The position numbers and the translations under genes were made by a program. A stretch of DNA of 64,000 nt from an uncultured Acidobacteriota bacterium (GTDB taxonomy: Bacteria > Acidobacteriota > Thermoanaerobaculia > Multivoradales > UBA5704), in NCBI GenBank assembly GCA_963700145.1, contig OY969474.1:544001-608000 (forward strand), read 5' to 3'. The notes beneath the pieces are model-generated. The model was not told where the DNA came from, searched no databases, and worked only from the letters and a program-made list of their open reading frames with translations. Below, one piece after another: positions 1 through 9,805 of this stretch; within the stretch, counting starts at the first letter, position 1, and each line of letters opens with the position of its first letter.

Positions 1-692
1 AGATCGCCCTGGAGCCGATCGCGCTGCCAGAGCGCGAAGTCGGCGTACTGGATGGGGAGCTCCGGCAGCGGCGAGACGTGGCCCGCGTAGAAGGCCTGGT
101 AGAGAGCGGTCAGCTCCCACGTCCAGATGCCGCTCGACCATCCGTCACAGGCGATGTGATGCAGGACGGAGAGCAGGATGTGCTCCTGCGGACCGAGTCG
201 CAGCAGCAGGTTGCGCACGAGCGGTCCGCACGCCAGGTCGAAGGGCCGCCGCAGCTCCGCGTCGACGATCCGGCGCGCCTCGGTCTCGCGCTCAGAGGGC
301 GCCAGGAGCGAGAGATCGACGAAGGGGAGCCGCGCCGGGCGGAAAGGCTGCACGCTCTGCAGAGGTTCCTCGGCGTCGGAGCGGACGACGGTGCGCAGCG
401 CTTCGTGCCGGCGCACGATCTCGTCGAGGGCGCTCTTCAGGGCCGCCGGCGCGAGGCGGCCGGTCAAGCGGAAGGGCAGAGGCACCTGATAGACGCCGCT
501 GCCGGGCTCGAGCTGCTGGAGAAACCAGACGCGGCGCTGCGCGAACGAGAGCGGCATCTGGCCGGTGCCGGGAGCCCGCCGGGGGATCGGGAAGCGCGAC
601 AGATCGATACCCTTGTCGCGCAGGATCTGAGCGAGCCGCCGGTACTGGTCGGGAGGCAGCGCGGCGATGTCGGCGGGGAGCTGCTGGCTCAT
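1..692 (-). CDS. NRPS, N-terminal condensation domain (partial, continues past left edge)
   Basis: Manual translation from ATG 692 (ATGA overlap with the upstream NRPS stop): MSQQLPADIA...PLSFAQRRVWFLQQLEP...SVLHHIACDGWS...ELPIQYADFA. Absent from the ORF track because there is no stop in the window. Confidence 0.93.
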   Translation of the reverse strand, partial: MSQQLPADIAALPPDQYRRLAQILRDKGIDLSRFPIPRRAPGTGQMPLSFAQRRVWFLQQLEPGSGVYQVPLPFRLTGRLAPAALKSALDEIVRRHEALRTVVRSDAEEPLQSVQPFRPARLPFVDLSLLAPSERETEARRIVDAELRRPFDLACGPLVRNLLLRLGPQEHILLSVLHHIACDGWSSGIWTWELTALYQAFYAGHVSPLPELPIQYADFALWQRDRLQGD

Positions 693-3600
693 CGCAAGAG
701 CCCCTGGACCTCGTGGTCCAACTCCGACCTGGCCTCGGCCAGGATCTGCGCGATCGCGAGGTCCTCGTCGCGCACGGCGGCGCGCGACTCCTCCATCTGG
801 CGGGCGGTGGCGGCGATGGTGGGTGCTTCGAGGAAGCGTCGCAGCGGGATCTCGACGCCGTGGCGGCTGCGGAGGCGATTGAGCACCTGGGTGGCGAGCA
901 GGGAGTGACCGCCGAGATCGAAGAAGCTGTCGTGGCGGCCGGCCCGTTCGATGCGCAGGACGCCCTGCCAGACCTCGGCGACGGTCTGTTCGAGCTCTGT
1001 GCGGGGGGGCTCGAAGCTGTCGGCGGCGAGCGAGTGGAGCTCGGCGGGCTTCTCCAGGGCGTGGCGGTCGATCTTGCCGCTGACCGTGCGCGGCAGCGCC
1101 GCGAGCTGGACGAAGGCGGAGGGGACCATGGGCTCGGGCAGCCGGGCGCGCAGAAACTCCCCGAGCTGCGGCAGGGCGGCGGCGGCGAAGCCGCGCAGCG
1201 GCTTGTTGGTCAGCTCGCGCCGGTGCGCGGCGGGTGGCGGGGCAGGGAGGGCTACGGGCCGGGGGAGGGAGGGGGACTGGCCGGGTGGGCGGCTCTGCAG
1301 CACCAGGTCGAACGAGCCGTTCGCCGCGGCGCCCGTCCACAGCAGCTCGACGCTATAGGGGAGCTGTGCCGTCAGGTCCCAGAGGTTGGCAGGGTCCACC
1401 CAGTCCCGGGGAGGCGGCTGCGCGAGCGCCTGGCGCAGGTCGCCCACGGTCTCGGGGGCACCGTCGCCGTCGAGCCAGGCTGCGGTGCGCAGCGCCTCGG
1501 CCAGGCGGGCGTTGGGCACGCTGGTGAAGCCGAGCGCCTCGGGGCGGCCGTCGGCCAGGTGCCGGCGCAGGCTCTCGAGGTCCATGCCGGCCGCGCGCCA
1601 GTCGCGCCAGGCGACGTCGCGGCGCGCCGGCAGTGCCGGCTCGAGCAGCAGGATGGCGTCGTACTGGAAGCGGTTGATCTCGTTGGGAGAGCGCCCGCCC
1701 TTGGGCAGGATGCGCAGATGAGCGGGGCGCGGCAGCTCGCGCACGACCTCGGCAAACAGCGCCGGGTCGATCACCAGGTCCTTGTCCTGGAGCAGGCTGT
1801 CCTCGACGCGGCGCCGCAGCTCGGCGCGGCCGAGGCGCGGATCGGCGGCCTGCGCGAGCTGCACCGAGGCATGGAAGGCGCGCAGCAGCGGCAGGCTGCG
1901 CACGCCACCGACGAAGACGGCGCCGCCGGGGGCGGTGAGGCGCACCGCCTCGGCCACGGCGTCGCGCAGGTACTGCTCGTCGGGGAAGTGCTGTGTCACC
2001 AGGTTGAAGACCACGGTGTCGAACGAGCCATCGGGCAGATCGCCGAGCTCGTGGGCGGCGCGGCGCTCGACGGCGACGCCCGGCAACGGCGGGACGAGGG
2101 AGGCAAGCCGGCGGCGCAGGAAGCCCACCGCGGTCTCGGAGATGTCCGTTGCGAGATAGCTGGCGCAGTGCGGAGCGACGCGGAACAGCAAGAGCCCCGT
2201 GCCGGCGCCGATCTCGAGCACCCGCCCAGGACGCAGGGCGAGGATGCGTGCCACGGAGTCGTCGATGCTCTCGAGCACCTCCGCCTCGGGCAGCGCGCGG
2301 TGGGTGTAGCTGCTGGTCCAGGAGCGGGTATTGATGTTGTGATCGACCGCCGAGTAGGCCGGATCGAGGGCGTAAATCTCGTCGTAGAGGCTGCGGGTCT
2401 GCGCGATGTAGTCGGTGCGCAGGCCGGCGCCGTCCCCCGGACCGAGCGAGCCCAGCGAGTCCAGTGCCACGTAGGCCACCAGGCGCAAGTCGCCCTGGCC
2501 GTAGTCGTGGGCCGCCACCGCCGCCTCCTCGACCGCCGGATGGCAGCGCAGGGCGGTCTCGATCTCGCCCAGCTCGACGCGGTTGCCGCGCACCTTGACC
2601 TGCTGGTCGCGGCGGCGCAGGAAGACGAGACTGCTGTCGGGAAGCCAGCGTCCCAGGTCGCCGGTGCGGTAGAGCCGCCCGCCGGCGCCGCCCAGCGCGT
2701 CGGGCACGAAGCTCGCCGCCGTCTCGGCCGGCCGGTCGAGATAGCCGTCGGCCAGGTGCGCGCTGCGGATGTGGATCTCGCCCGGCACCCCGCGCGGGGC
2801 CGGTTGACCGTGGCGGTCGAGCAGCACGACGTGCCGGCCCTCGAACGCACGGCCCACCGGAACCGAGGCCTGGCGGCGGTCCGCCACCAGCACCGGATGC
2901 CAGGTGGCGAGCACGGTCTCCGATGGACCGTAGAGGTTGTACAGCCGCGGCGTCGCGGGGAAGCGCTCGAGCCAGGAGGCGGCTAGCTCGCCGCGCACCG
3001 CCTCACCCGCCAGCAGCAGGGCGGCGAGAGCGGGGAAGGGGTGATTGCCATCGTCCTCGCCCAGGCTCTGCAGCAGCTGCTGCGCGAAGCTCGGCACGAC
3101 CTGCAGCAGCGTCACCTGCTCGGCGCAGAGCCAGACCGCCAGGGCCGCCGGGTCGAACCGCAGCGACGGCTCGGCCATGCACAGCGTCGCCCCGAGGCAG
3201 AGCGCGCCGAAGATCTCGCAGTAGGACGCGTCATAGCCGCACGAGGCCCACTGTGCGAAGCGCTGGTGCGGCGCGATGGCGAAGGGCTTGCCCTGGCAGA
3301 GCACGAACTGACTGAAGCTGCGGTGGGACTCGACGATCCCCTTGGGCCGGCCGGTGGAGCCGGAGGTGTAGGCGACGTAGGCGGGCTGGGCCGGGTCGAC
3401 CTCCACCAGCGGCCGGGTCGCGGGCAGCGCATCGAACCCCGCGAGGTCCACGACTGGCCAGTCGCCGCCCTCGGCGAGCGCCGGGTGCTGGCGCAACGAC
3501 GAGGCGTCGGTCAGCAGCGCGCCGGCCGAGGCCTCGGCCAGCACCTGCGCGAGCCGCGCGGTGGGCTGGCGCGGGTCGAGGCAGACAAAGGCGCAGCCGG

Positions 3601-6600
3601 CCTTGAGGACGCCGAGCAGGGCGGCGACCTGCTGCGGCGCGCTCGGCAGCAGCACCGCGACGCGGCGGGCCGCCCCCAGCCCGAGCCCGAGCAGGCCGTG
3701 GGCCACGCGGTTGGCGCGCCGGTCGAGCTCGCCGTAGCTGACCTCCACCCCCTCGCAGCTCACCGCCACCACGTCTACCTGGCGGTCCACCCAGCTCTCG
3801 AAGAGGCGGTGCAGGCAGGTGTCGGGATAGAGCTCCGGCAGCCGGTGGTCCCACTGCGCGAGCAGCTGCCGCCTCTCCTCGGCATCGAGCAGCGCAACGT
3901 CCCAGAGGCGCTGATCTGGGTCCTCCACGATCCCTTCGAGCAGCAGGACGAAATGCCGGAGCATCTGCTCGATGGTCGATCTCTCAAACAGGTCCGCCGC
4001 GTACACCCCCTGGCACTCCAGCTCCTCCTCCCCAGGCGTCTCCCACAGATTGACCGTCAGGTCGAAGGTCGACATCCGATTGTCGATCTCCCAGACGCTC
4101 CAACGGACGCCGCCGGCCCGCTGCTCTCCCTCTTGGGTCGCCGGCTGGTGGAACAGCACTTGGATGAGCGGTTGTCGGCTGAGGTCGCGCTCGGGCCGCA
4201 ACGCCTCCACCAACCGCTCGAATGGCAGGTCCTGGTGGACATAGGCCTCGAAGGTAGTCTTCTTCGTCTGTGCGAGAAGCTCCCCAAAGCGAGGATGCCC
4301 GTCGAGCTGCACGCGCAACACCAGAGTGTTGACGAAGAAGCCGATCAGGGACTCGAGCTCGGGACGGTTGCGGTTGGCGATCGGACATCCCACCGCGAAG
4401 TCGTCCTGATCGGTGTACCGATGCAGCAGCGCCTCGAAGGCGGCGAGCAGCACGATGTAGAGCGTCGCTCCCGCGCGCCGCCCCAGCTCCCTCAGCCGCG
4501 CCACCAGCTCCCCGGACAGCGGCCGCGACAGCCGACCGCCGCGGTAGCTCTGCACCGCCGGCCGCGACCGGTCTGCCACCAGCTCGAGCCCCGGCAGCCC
4601 CGCGAGCTGCCCGCGCCAGTACTCGAGCTGCCTCGCCATTTCCGCCTCGCGCCCGTGCTGCCATTCGGCGAAGTCCGCGTACTGGATCGGCAGTGCCGCG
4701 AGCGGTGACGGCGCGCCCGCCACGAACGCCGCGTAGAGCGCCAGCAACTCGCCGTAGAGCACGCCGATCGACCAGCCGTCGGCCACCACGTGATGCATCG
4801 AAAGGATCAGGACGTGGTCCTCCGGCCCCAGGCGCAGGAGGAGAGAGCGGAAGAGCGGGCCACAGGTCAGAGCGAAGGGACGGCGCACCACGCCTTCGGC
4901 AACGCGGCGTGCCTCCGCCTCGCGCGCCGCACCGGACAGATCCCTCAGCTCCAACCGCGGGAGGCGCAGCGCAGCGTAGGGGGCGATTACCTGAACCGGC
5001 TGCCCGCCGGTTGCGTCGAAGGCGGTGCGTAGCACCTCATGCCGCCGGACGATCTCGTTTAGCGCACGCTCCAACGCCGCCACGTCGAGCGAGCCCCGCA
5101 GCCGCCGCGCCGTGTGCAAGTTGTACACGGCAGAGCCGGGCGCCAACTGGTCTAGGAACCACAGACGGACCTGGGCAAACGACGGGCGGGCGCGCTCTGC
5201 GGCCGGCCAGCGAGGGGCGATCGGCAACAGCGACGGATCCAGACCCTCCCGACGAAGCAGCTCCTCCGCTTGATGCGCGGTGGCGGCGATGGTGGGTGCT
5301 TCGAGGAAGCGTCGCAATGGGATCTCGACGCCGTGGCGGCTGCGGAGGCGATTGAGCACCTGGGTGGCGAGCAGGGAGTGACCGCCGAGGTCGAAGAAGT
5401 TGTCGTGGCGGCCGGCCCGTTCGATGCGCAGGACGCCCTGCCAGACCTCGGCGACGGTCTGTTCGAGCTCTGTGCGGGGGGGCTCGAAGCTGTCGGCGGC
5501 GAGCGAGTGGAGCTCGGCGGGCTTCTCCAGGGCGTGGCGGTCGATCTTGCCGCTGACCGTGCGCGGCAGCGCCGCGAGCTGGACGAAGGCGGAGGGGACC
5601 ATGGGCTCGGGCAGCCGGGCGCGCAGAAACTCCCCGAGCTGCGGCAGGGCGGCGGCGGCGAAGCCGCGCAGCGGCTTGTTGGTCAGCTCGCGCCGGTGCG
5701 CGGCGGGTGGCGGGGCAGGGAGGGCTACGGGCCGGGGGAGGGAGGGGGACTGGCCGGGTGGGCGGCTCTGCAGCACCAGGTCGAACGAGCCGTCCGCCGC
5801 GGCGCCCGTCCACAGCAACTCGACATCGTAGGGGAGCTGCGCCGCCAGGTCCCAGAGGTCGGCGGGATCGACCCAGGCCTGGGGCACCGGCTCGGCGAGC
5901 ATCTCGCGCAGGCCTCCCACGGCCTCGGGGGCACCGTCGCCGTCGAGCCAGGCCGCGGTGCGCAGCGCCTCGGCCAGGCGCGCGTTGGGCACGCCGGTGA
6001 AGCCGAGCGCCTCGGGGCGGTCGTCGACCAGGTGCCGGCGCAGGCTCTCGAGGTCCATGCCGGCGCGCCAATCGCGCCAGGCGACGTCGCGGCGCAGCGG
6101 CTGCGCCGGCTCGAGCAGCAGGATGGCGTCGTACTGGAAGCGGTTGATCTCGTTGGGGGAGTGCCCGCCCTTGGGCAGGACGCGCAGATGAGCGGGGCGC
6201 GACAGCTCGCGCACGACCTCGGCAAACAGCGCCGGGTCGATCACCAGGTCCTTGTCCTGGAGCAGGCTGTCCTCGACGCGGCGCCGCAGCTCGGCGCGGT
6301 CGAGGCGCGGGTCGGCGTGCGCGAGCTGCACCGAGGCGTGGAAGGCCCGCAGCAGCGGCAGGCTGCGCACGCCGCCGACGAAGACGGCGCCACCGGGAGC
6401 GGTAAGGCGCACCGCCTCGGCCACGGCCTCGCGCAGGTACTGCTCGTCGGGGAAGTGCTGCGTCACGAGATTGAAGACCACGGTATCGAACGAGCCGGCG
6501 GGCAGATCGCCGAGCTCGTGGGCGGCGCGGCGCTCGACGGCGACGCCCGGCAGCGGCGTCGCGAGCGCAGCGAGCCGGCGGCGCAGGAAGCCCACCGCGG

Positions 6601-9600
6601 TCTCGGAGATGTCCGTTGCGAGATAGCTGGCGCAGTGCGGAGCGACACGGAACAGCAGCAGCCCGGTGCCGGCGCCGATCTCGAGCACCCGACGGGGGCG
6701 TAGGGCGAGGATGCGCTCGACCGAGTCCTCGATACTCTCGAGCACCTCCGGCTCGGGCAGGGCGCGGTGCGTGTAGCTGCTGGTCCAGGAACGGGTGTTG
6801 ATATTGCCGTCGACCGCGGAATAGGCCGGATCGAGGGCGTAGATCTCGTCGTAGAGGCTGCGGGTCTGCTCGATGTAGTCGGCGCGCAGGCCGGCGCCGT
6901 CCCCCGGACCGAGCGAGCCCAGCGGGTCCAGCGCCACGTAGGCCACCAGACGCAGGTCGCCCTGGCCGTAGTCGTGGGCCGCCACCGCCGCCTCCTCGAC
7001 CGCTGGGTGGCAGCGCAGGGCGGTCTCGATCTCGCCCAGTTCGACGCGGTTGCCGCGCACCTTGACCTGCTGGTCGCGGCGGCGTAGGAAGACGAGACTG
7101 CCGTCGGGAAGCCAGCGTCCCAGGTCGCCGGTACGGTAGAGCCGCCCACCGGCACCGCCCAGCGCGTCGGGCACGAAGCTCGCCGCCGTCTCGGCCGGCC
7201 GGTCGAGATAGCCGTCGGCCAGGTGCGCGCTGCGGATGTGGATCTCGCCCGGCACCCCGCGCGGGGCCGGTTGGCCATGGCGGTCGAGCAGCACGACGTG
7301 CCGGCCCTCGAACGCACGGCCCACCGGAACCGAGGCCTGGCGGCGGTCCGCCACCAGCACCGGATGCCAGGTGGCGAGCACCGTCTCCGACGGACCGTAG
7401 AGGTTGAACAGGCGCGGCGTCGTGGGGAAGCGCTCGCGCCAAGAGATGGCCAGCTCGCCGCGCACTGCCTCGCCCGCCAGCAGCAGGGCGGCGAGAGCCG
7501 GGAAGGGATGACCGCCGCCGCCATCGCCCAGGCTCTGCAGGAGCTGCTGCGCGAAGCTCGGCACGACCTGCAGCAGCGTCACCTGCTCGGCGCAGAGCCA
7601 GACCGCCAGGGCCGCCGGGTCGAACCGCAGCGACGGCTCGGCCATGCACAGCGTCGCCCCGAGGCAGAGCGCGCCGAAGATCTCGCAGTAGGACGCGTCA
7701 TAGCCGCACGAGGCCCACTGTGCGAAGCGCTGGTGCGGCGCGATGGCGAAGGGCTTGCCCTGGCAGAGCACGAACTGACTGAAGCTGCGGTGGGACTCGA
7801 CGATCCCCTTGGGCCGGCCGGTGGAGCCGGAGGTGTAGGCGACGTAGGCGGGCTGGGCCGGGTCGACCTCCACCAGCGGCCGGGTCGCGGGCAGCGCATC
7901 GAACCCCGCGAGGTCCACGACTGGCCAGTCGCCGCCCTCGGCGAGCGCCGGGTGCTGGCGCAACGACGAGGCGTCGGTCAGCAGCGCGCCGGCCGAGGCC
8001 TCGGCCAACACCTGCGCGAGCCGCGCGGTGGGCTGGCGCGGGTCGAGGCAGACGAAGGCGCAGCCGGCCTTGAGGACGCCGAGCAGGGCGGCGACCTGCT
8101 GCGGCGCGCTCGGCAGCAGCACCGCGACGCGGCGGGCCGCCCCCAGCCCGAGCCCGAGCAGGCCGTGGGCCACGCGGTTGGCGCGCCGGTCGAGCTCGCC
8201 GTAGCTGACCTCCACCCCCTTGCAGCTCACCGCCACCACGTCTGCCTGGCGGTCGGCCCAGCTCTCGAAGAGGCGGTGCAGGCAGGTGTCGGGATAGAGC
8301 TCCGGCAGCCGGTGGTCCCACTGCGCGAGCAACTGCCGCGTCTCCTCGGCATCGAGCAGCGCAATCTCCCAGAGGCGCCGCTCCGGGTCCGCGACGATGC
8401 CCTCAAGCAGCAGGACGAAGTGCCGCAGCATCTGCTCGACCGTCGACCCCTCGTAGAGGTCCGCCGCGTACACCCCCTGGCACTCCAGCTCCTCCTCCCC
8501 AGGCGTCTCCCACAGATTGACCGTCAGGTCGAAGGTCGACATCCGATTGTCGATCTCCCAGACGCTCCAGGTGAGGCCCGCGGTTTGCCGTTCCTCCTGC
8601 GAAACGGACTGGAGGTGGAACAGCACCTGGACGAGCGGCTGACGGCTGAGGTCGCGCTCGGGCCGCAACGCCTCCACCAGCCGCTCGAACGGCAGGTCCT
8701 GGTGAGCGTAGGCCTCGAAGGTGGTCTTCTTGACCTCGTCGAGGAGCTCGGCGAACCGCGGGTGCCCCGCGAGCTGCGCGCGCAGGACGAGCGTGTTGAC
8801 GAAGAAGCCGATCAGGGGCTCGAGCTCGGGACGGTTGCGGTTGGCGATTGGACATCCCACCGCGAAGTCGTCCTGATCGGTGTACCGATGCAGCAGCGCC
8901 TCGAAGGCGGCGAGCAGCACGATGTAGAGCGTCGCTCCCGCGCGCCGCCCCAGCTCCCTCAGCCGCGCCACCAGCTCCCCGGACAGCGGCCGCGACAGCC
9001 GGCCGCCGCGGTAGCTCTGCACTGCCGGCCGCGAGCGGTCCGCCACCAGCTCCAGCCCGGGCAGCCCCGCGAGCTGCCCGCGCCAGTAGTCGAGCTGCGC
9101 CGCCATCTCCGCCTCGCGCCCGTGCTGCCACTCGGCGAAGTCCGCGTACTGGATCGGCAGCTCCCGGAGCGGTGACGGCGCGCCCACGACGAACGCCGCG
9201 TAGAGCGCCAGAAGCTCGCCGTACAGCACGCCGATCGACCAGCCGTCGGCCACGACGTGGTGCATTGCCAGGATCAGGACGTGGTCGTCCACCGCCAAGC
9301 GCAGCAGCAGAGGTCGGAACAACGGCCCGCGGCTCAGCGCGAAGGGACGCCGCACCGCGCCTTCGGCGACCCGCCGCGCCTCCGCCTCGCGCGCCCTGGC
9401 CGGGAGCCCCCAGAGGTCGAACCGCGGCAGGCGCAGCGCCGCGTGCGGCGCGACCACCTGCACCGGCTGCCCGCCGGTTGCATCGAACGCGGTGCGCAGG
9501 ACCTCGTGGCGCCGCACCACCTCGTCGAGGGCACGCTCCAACACCGCCACGTCGAGCGAGCCCCGCAGACACCGCGCCGTGTGCAGGTTGTACACCGGCG

Positions 9601-9805
9601 AGCCCGGCGCCAACTGATCCAGGAACCACAGACGGATCTGGGCAAAGGACGCCCGAGCACGCTCCCCGCCCGACTCCCGCCGCGGAATCGGCAGCAGCGA
9701 CGGATCCAGCCCCTCCCGACGCAGCAGCTCCTCCAGCAGGCGGCGCTTGTCGCCGGCAAGAGCGCTCGGGGTCGTCGGCGTTCGGTTGGTGAGCTCGCCG
9801 CGCAT
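689..9805 (-). CDS. Bimodular NRPS C-A-nMT-T-C-A-nMT-T (~3038 aa)
   Basis: Two copies each of HHVVADGWS, YTSGSTGRPKG, LYRTGDL, VLEIGAGTG (SAM-binding MT inserted in A), SGKIDR and FFDLGGHSLLA. True start is ATG 9805 (MRGELTNR), overlapping the MIO-gene stop (TGATG). Confidence 0.95.
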   Translation of the reverse strand: MRGELTNRTPTTPSALAGDKRRLLEELLRREGLDPSLLPIPRRESGGERARASFAQIRLWFLDQLAPGSPVYNLHTARCLRGSLDVAVLERALDEVVRRHEVLRTAFDATGGQPVQVVAPHAALRLPRFDLWGLPARAREAEARRVAEGAVRRPFALSRGPLFRPLLLRLAVDDHVLILAMHHVVADGWSIGVLYGELLALYAAFVVGAPSPLRELPIQYADFAEWQHGREAEMAAQLDYWRGQLAGLPGLELVADRSRPAVQSYRGGRLSRPLSGELVARLRELGRRAGATLYIVLLAAFEALLHRYTDQDDFAVGCPIANRNRPELEPLIGFFVNTLVLRAQLAGHPRFAELLDEVKKTTFEAYAHQDLPFERLVEALRPERDLSRQPLVQVLFHLQSVSQEERQTAGLTWSVWEIDNRMSTFDLTVNLWETPGEEELECQGVYAADLYEGSTVEQMLRHFVLLLEGIVADPERRLWEIALLDAEETRQLLAQWDHRLPELYPDTCLHRLFESWADRQADVVAVSCKGVEVSYGELDRRANRVAHGLLGLGLGAARRVAVLLPSAPQQVAALLGVLKAGCAFVCLDPRQPTARLAQVLAEASAGALLTDASSLRQHPALAEGGDWPVVDLAGFDALPATRPLVEVDPAQPAYVAYTSGSTGRPKGIVESHRSFSQFVLCQGKPFAIAPHQRFAQWASCGYDASYCEIFGALCLGATLCMAEPSLRFDPAALAVWLCAEQVTLLQVVPSFAQQLLQSLGDGGGGHPFPALAALLLAGEAVRGELAISWRERFPTTPRLFNLYGPSETVLATWHPVLVADRRQASVPVGRAFEGRHVVLLDRHGQPAPRGVPGEIHIRSAHLADGYLDRPAETAASFVPDALGGAGGRLYRTGDLGRWLPDGSLVFLRRRDQQVKVRGNRVELGEIETALRCHPAVEEAAVAAHDYGQGDLRLVAYVALDPLGSLGPGDGAGLRADYIEQTRSLYDEIYALDPAYSAVDGNINTRSWTSSYTHRALPEPEVLESIEDSVERILALRPRRVLEIGAGTGLLLFRVAPHCASYLATDISETAVGFLRRRLAALATPLPGVAVERRAAHELGDLPAGSFDTVVFNLVTQHFPDEQYLREAVAEAVRLTAPGGAVFVGGVRSLPLLRAFHASVQLAHADPRLDRAELRRRVEDSLLQDKDLVIDPALFAEVVRELSRPAHLRVLPKGGHSPNEINRFQYDAILLLEPAQPLRRDVAWRDWRAGMDLESLRRHLVDDRPEALGFTGVPNARLAEALRTAAWLDGDGAPEAVGGLREMLAEPVPQAWVDPADLWDLAAQLPYDVELLWTGAAADGSFDLVLQSRPPGQSPSLPRPVALPAPPPAAHRRELTNKPLRGFAAAALPQLGEFLRARLPEPMVPSAFVQLAALPRTVSGKIDRHALEKPAELHSLAADSFEPPRTELEQTVAEVWQGVLRIERAGRHDNFFDLGGHSLLATQVLNRLRSRHGVEIPLRRFLEAPTIAATAHQAEELLRREGLDPSLLPIAPRWPAAERARPSFAQVRLWFLDQLAPGSAVYNLHTARRLRGSLDVAALERALNEIVRRHEVLRTAFDATGGQPVQVIAPYAALRLPRLELRDLSGAAREAEARRVAEGVVRRPFALTCGPLFRSLLLRLGPEDHVLILSMHHVVADGWSIGVLYGELLALYAAFVAGAPSPLAALPIQYADFAEWQHGREAEMARQLEYWRGQLAGLPGLELVADRSRPAVQSYRGGRLSRPLSGELVARLRELGRRAGATLYIVLLAAFEALLHRYTDQDDFAVGCPIANRNRPELESLIGFFVNTLVLRVQLDGHPRFGELLAQTKKTTFEAYVHQDLPFERLVEALRPERDLSRQPLIQVLFHQPATQEGEQRAGGVRWSVWEIDNRMSTFDLTVNLWETPGEEELECQGVYAADLFERSTIEQMLRHFVLLLEGIVEDPDQRLWDVALLDAEERRQLLAQWDHRLPELYPDTCLHRLFESWVDRQVDVVAVSCEGVEVSYGELDRRANRVAHGLLGLGLGAARRVAVLLPSAPQQVAALLGVLKAGCAFVCLDPRQPTARLAQVLAEASAGALLTDASSLRQHPALAEGGDWPVVDLAGFDALPATRPLVEVDPAQPAYVAYTSGSTGRPKGIVESHRSFSQFVLCQGKPFAIAPHQRFAQWASCGYDASYCEIFGALCLGATLCMAEPSLRFDPAALAVWLCAEQVTLLQVVPSFAQQLLQSLGEDDGNHPFPALAALLLAGEAVRGELAASWLERFPATPRLYNLYGPSETVLATWHPVLVADRRQASVPVGRAFEGRHVVLLDRHGQPAPRGVPGEIHIRSAHLADGYLDRPAETAASFVPDALGGAGGRLYRTGDLGRWLPDSSLVFLRRRDQQVKVRGNRVELGEIETALRCHPAVEEAAVAAHDYGQGDLRLVAYVALDSLGSLGPGDGAGLRTDYIAQTRSLYDEIYALDPAYSAVDHNINTRSWTSSYTHRALPEAEVLESIDDSVARILALRPGRVLEIGAGTGLLLFRVAPHCASYLATDISETAVGFLRRRLASLVPPLPGVAVERRAAHELGDLPDGSFDTVVFNLVTQHFPDEQYLRDAVAEAVRLTAPGGAVFVGGVRSLPLLRAFHASVQLAQAADPRLGRAELRRRVEDSLLQDKDLVIDPALFAEVVRELPRPAHLRILPKGGRSPNEINRFQYDAILLLEPALPARRDVAWRDWRAAGMDLESLRRHLADGRPEALGFTSVPNARLAEALRTAAWLDGDGAPETVGDLRQALAQPPPRDWVDPANLWDLTAQLPYSVELLWTGAAANGSFDLVLQSRPPGQSPSLPRPVALPAPPPAAHRRELTNKPLRGFAAAALPQLGEFLRARLPEPMVPSAFVQLAALPRTVSGKIDRHALEKPAELHSLAADSFEPPRTELEQTVAEVWQGVLRIERAGRHDSFFDLGGHSLLATQVLNRLRSRHGVEIPLRRFLEAPTIAATARQMEESRAAVRDEDLAIAQILAEARSELDHEVQGLLR
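800..9735 (-). repeat. Tandem direct duplication of a whole NRPS module, period ~4.47 kb
   Basis: Same sequence at 808 and 5281 (offset 4473). Identical shadow ORFs 3112..3432 and 7579..7899 (offset 4467). EELLRREGLDPSLLPI occurs at both module starts. Confidence 0.93.
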
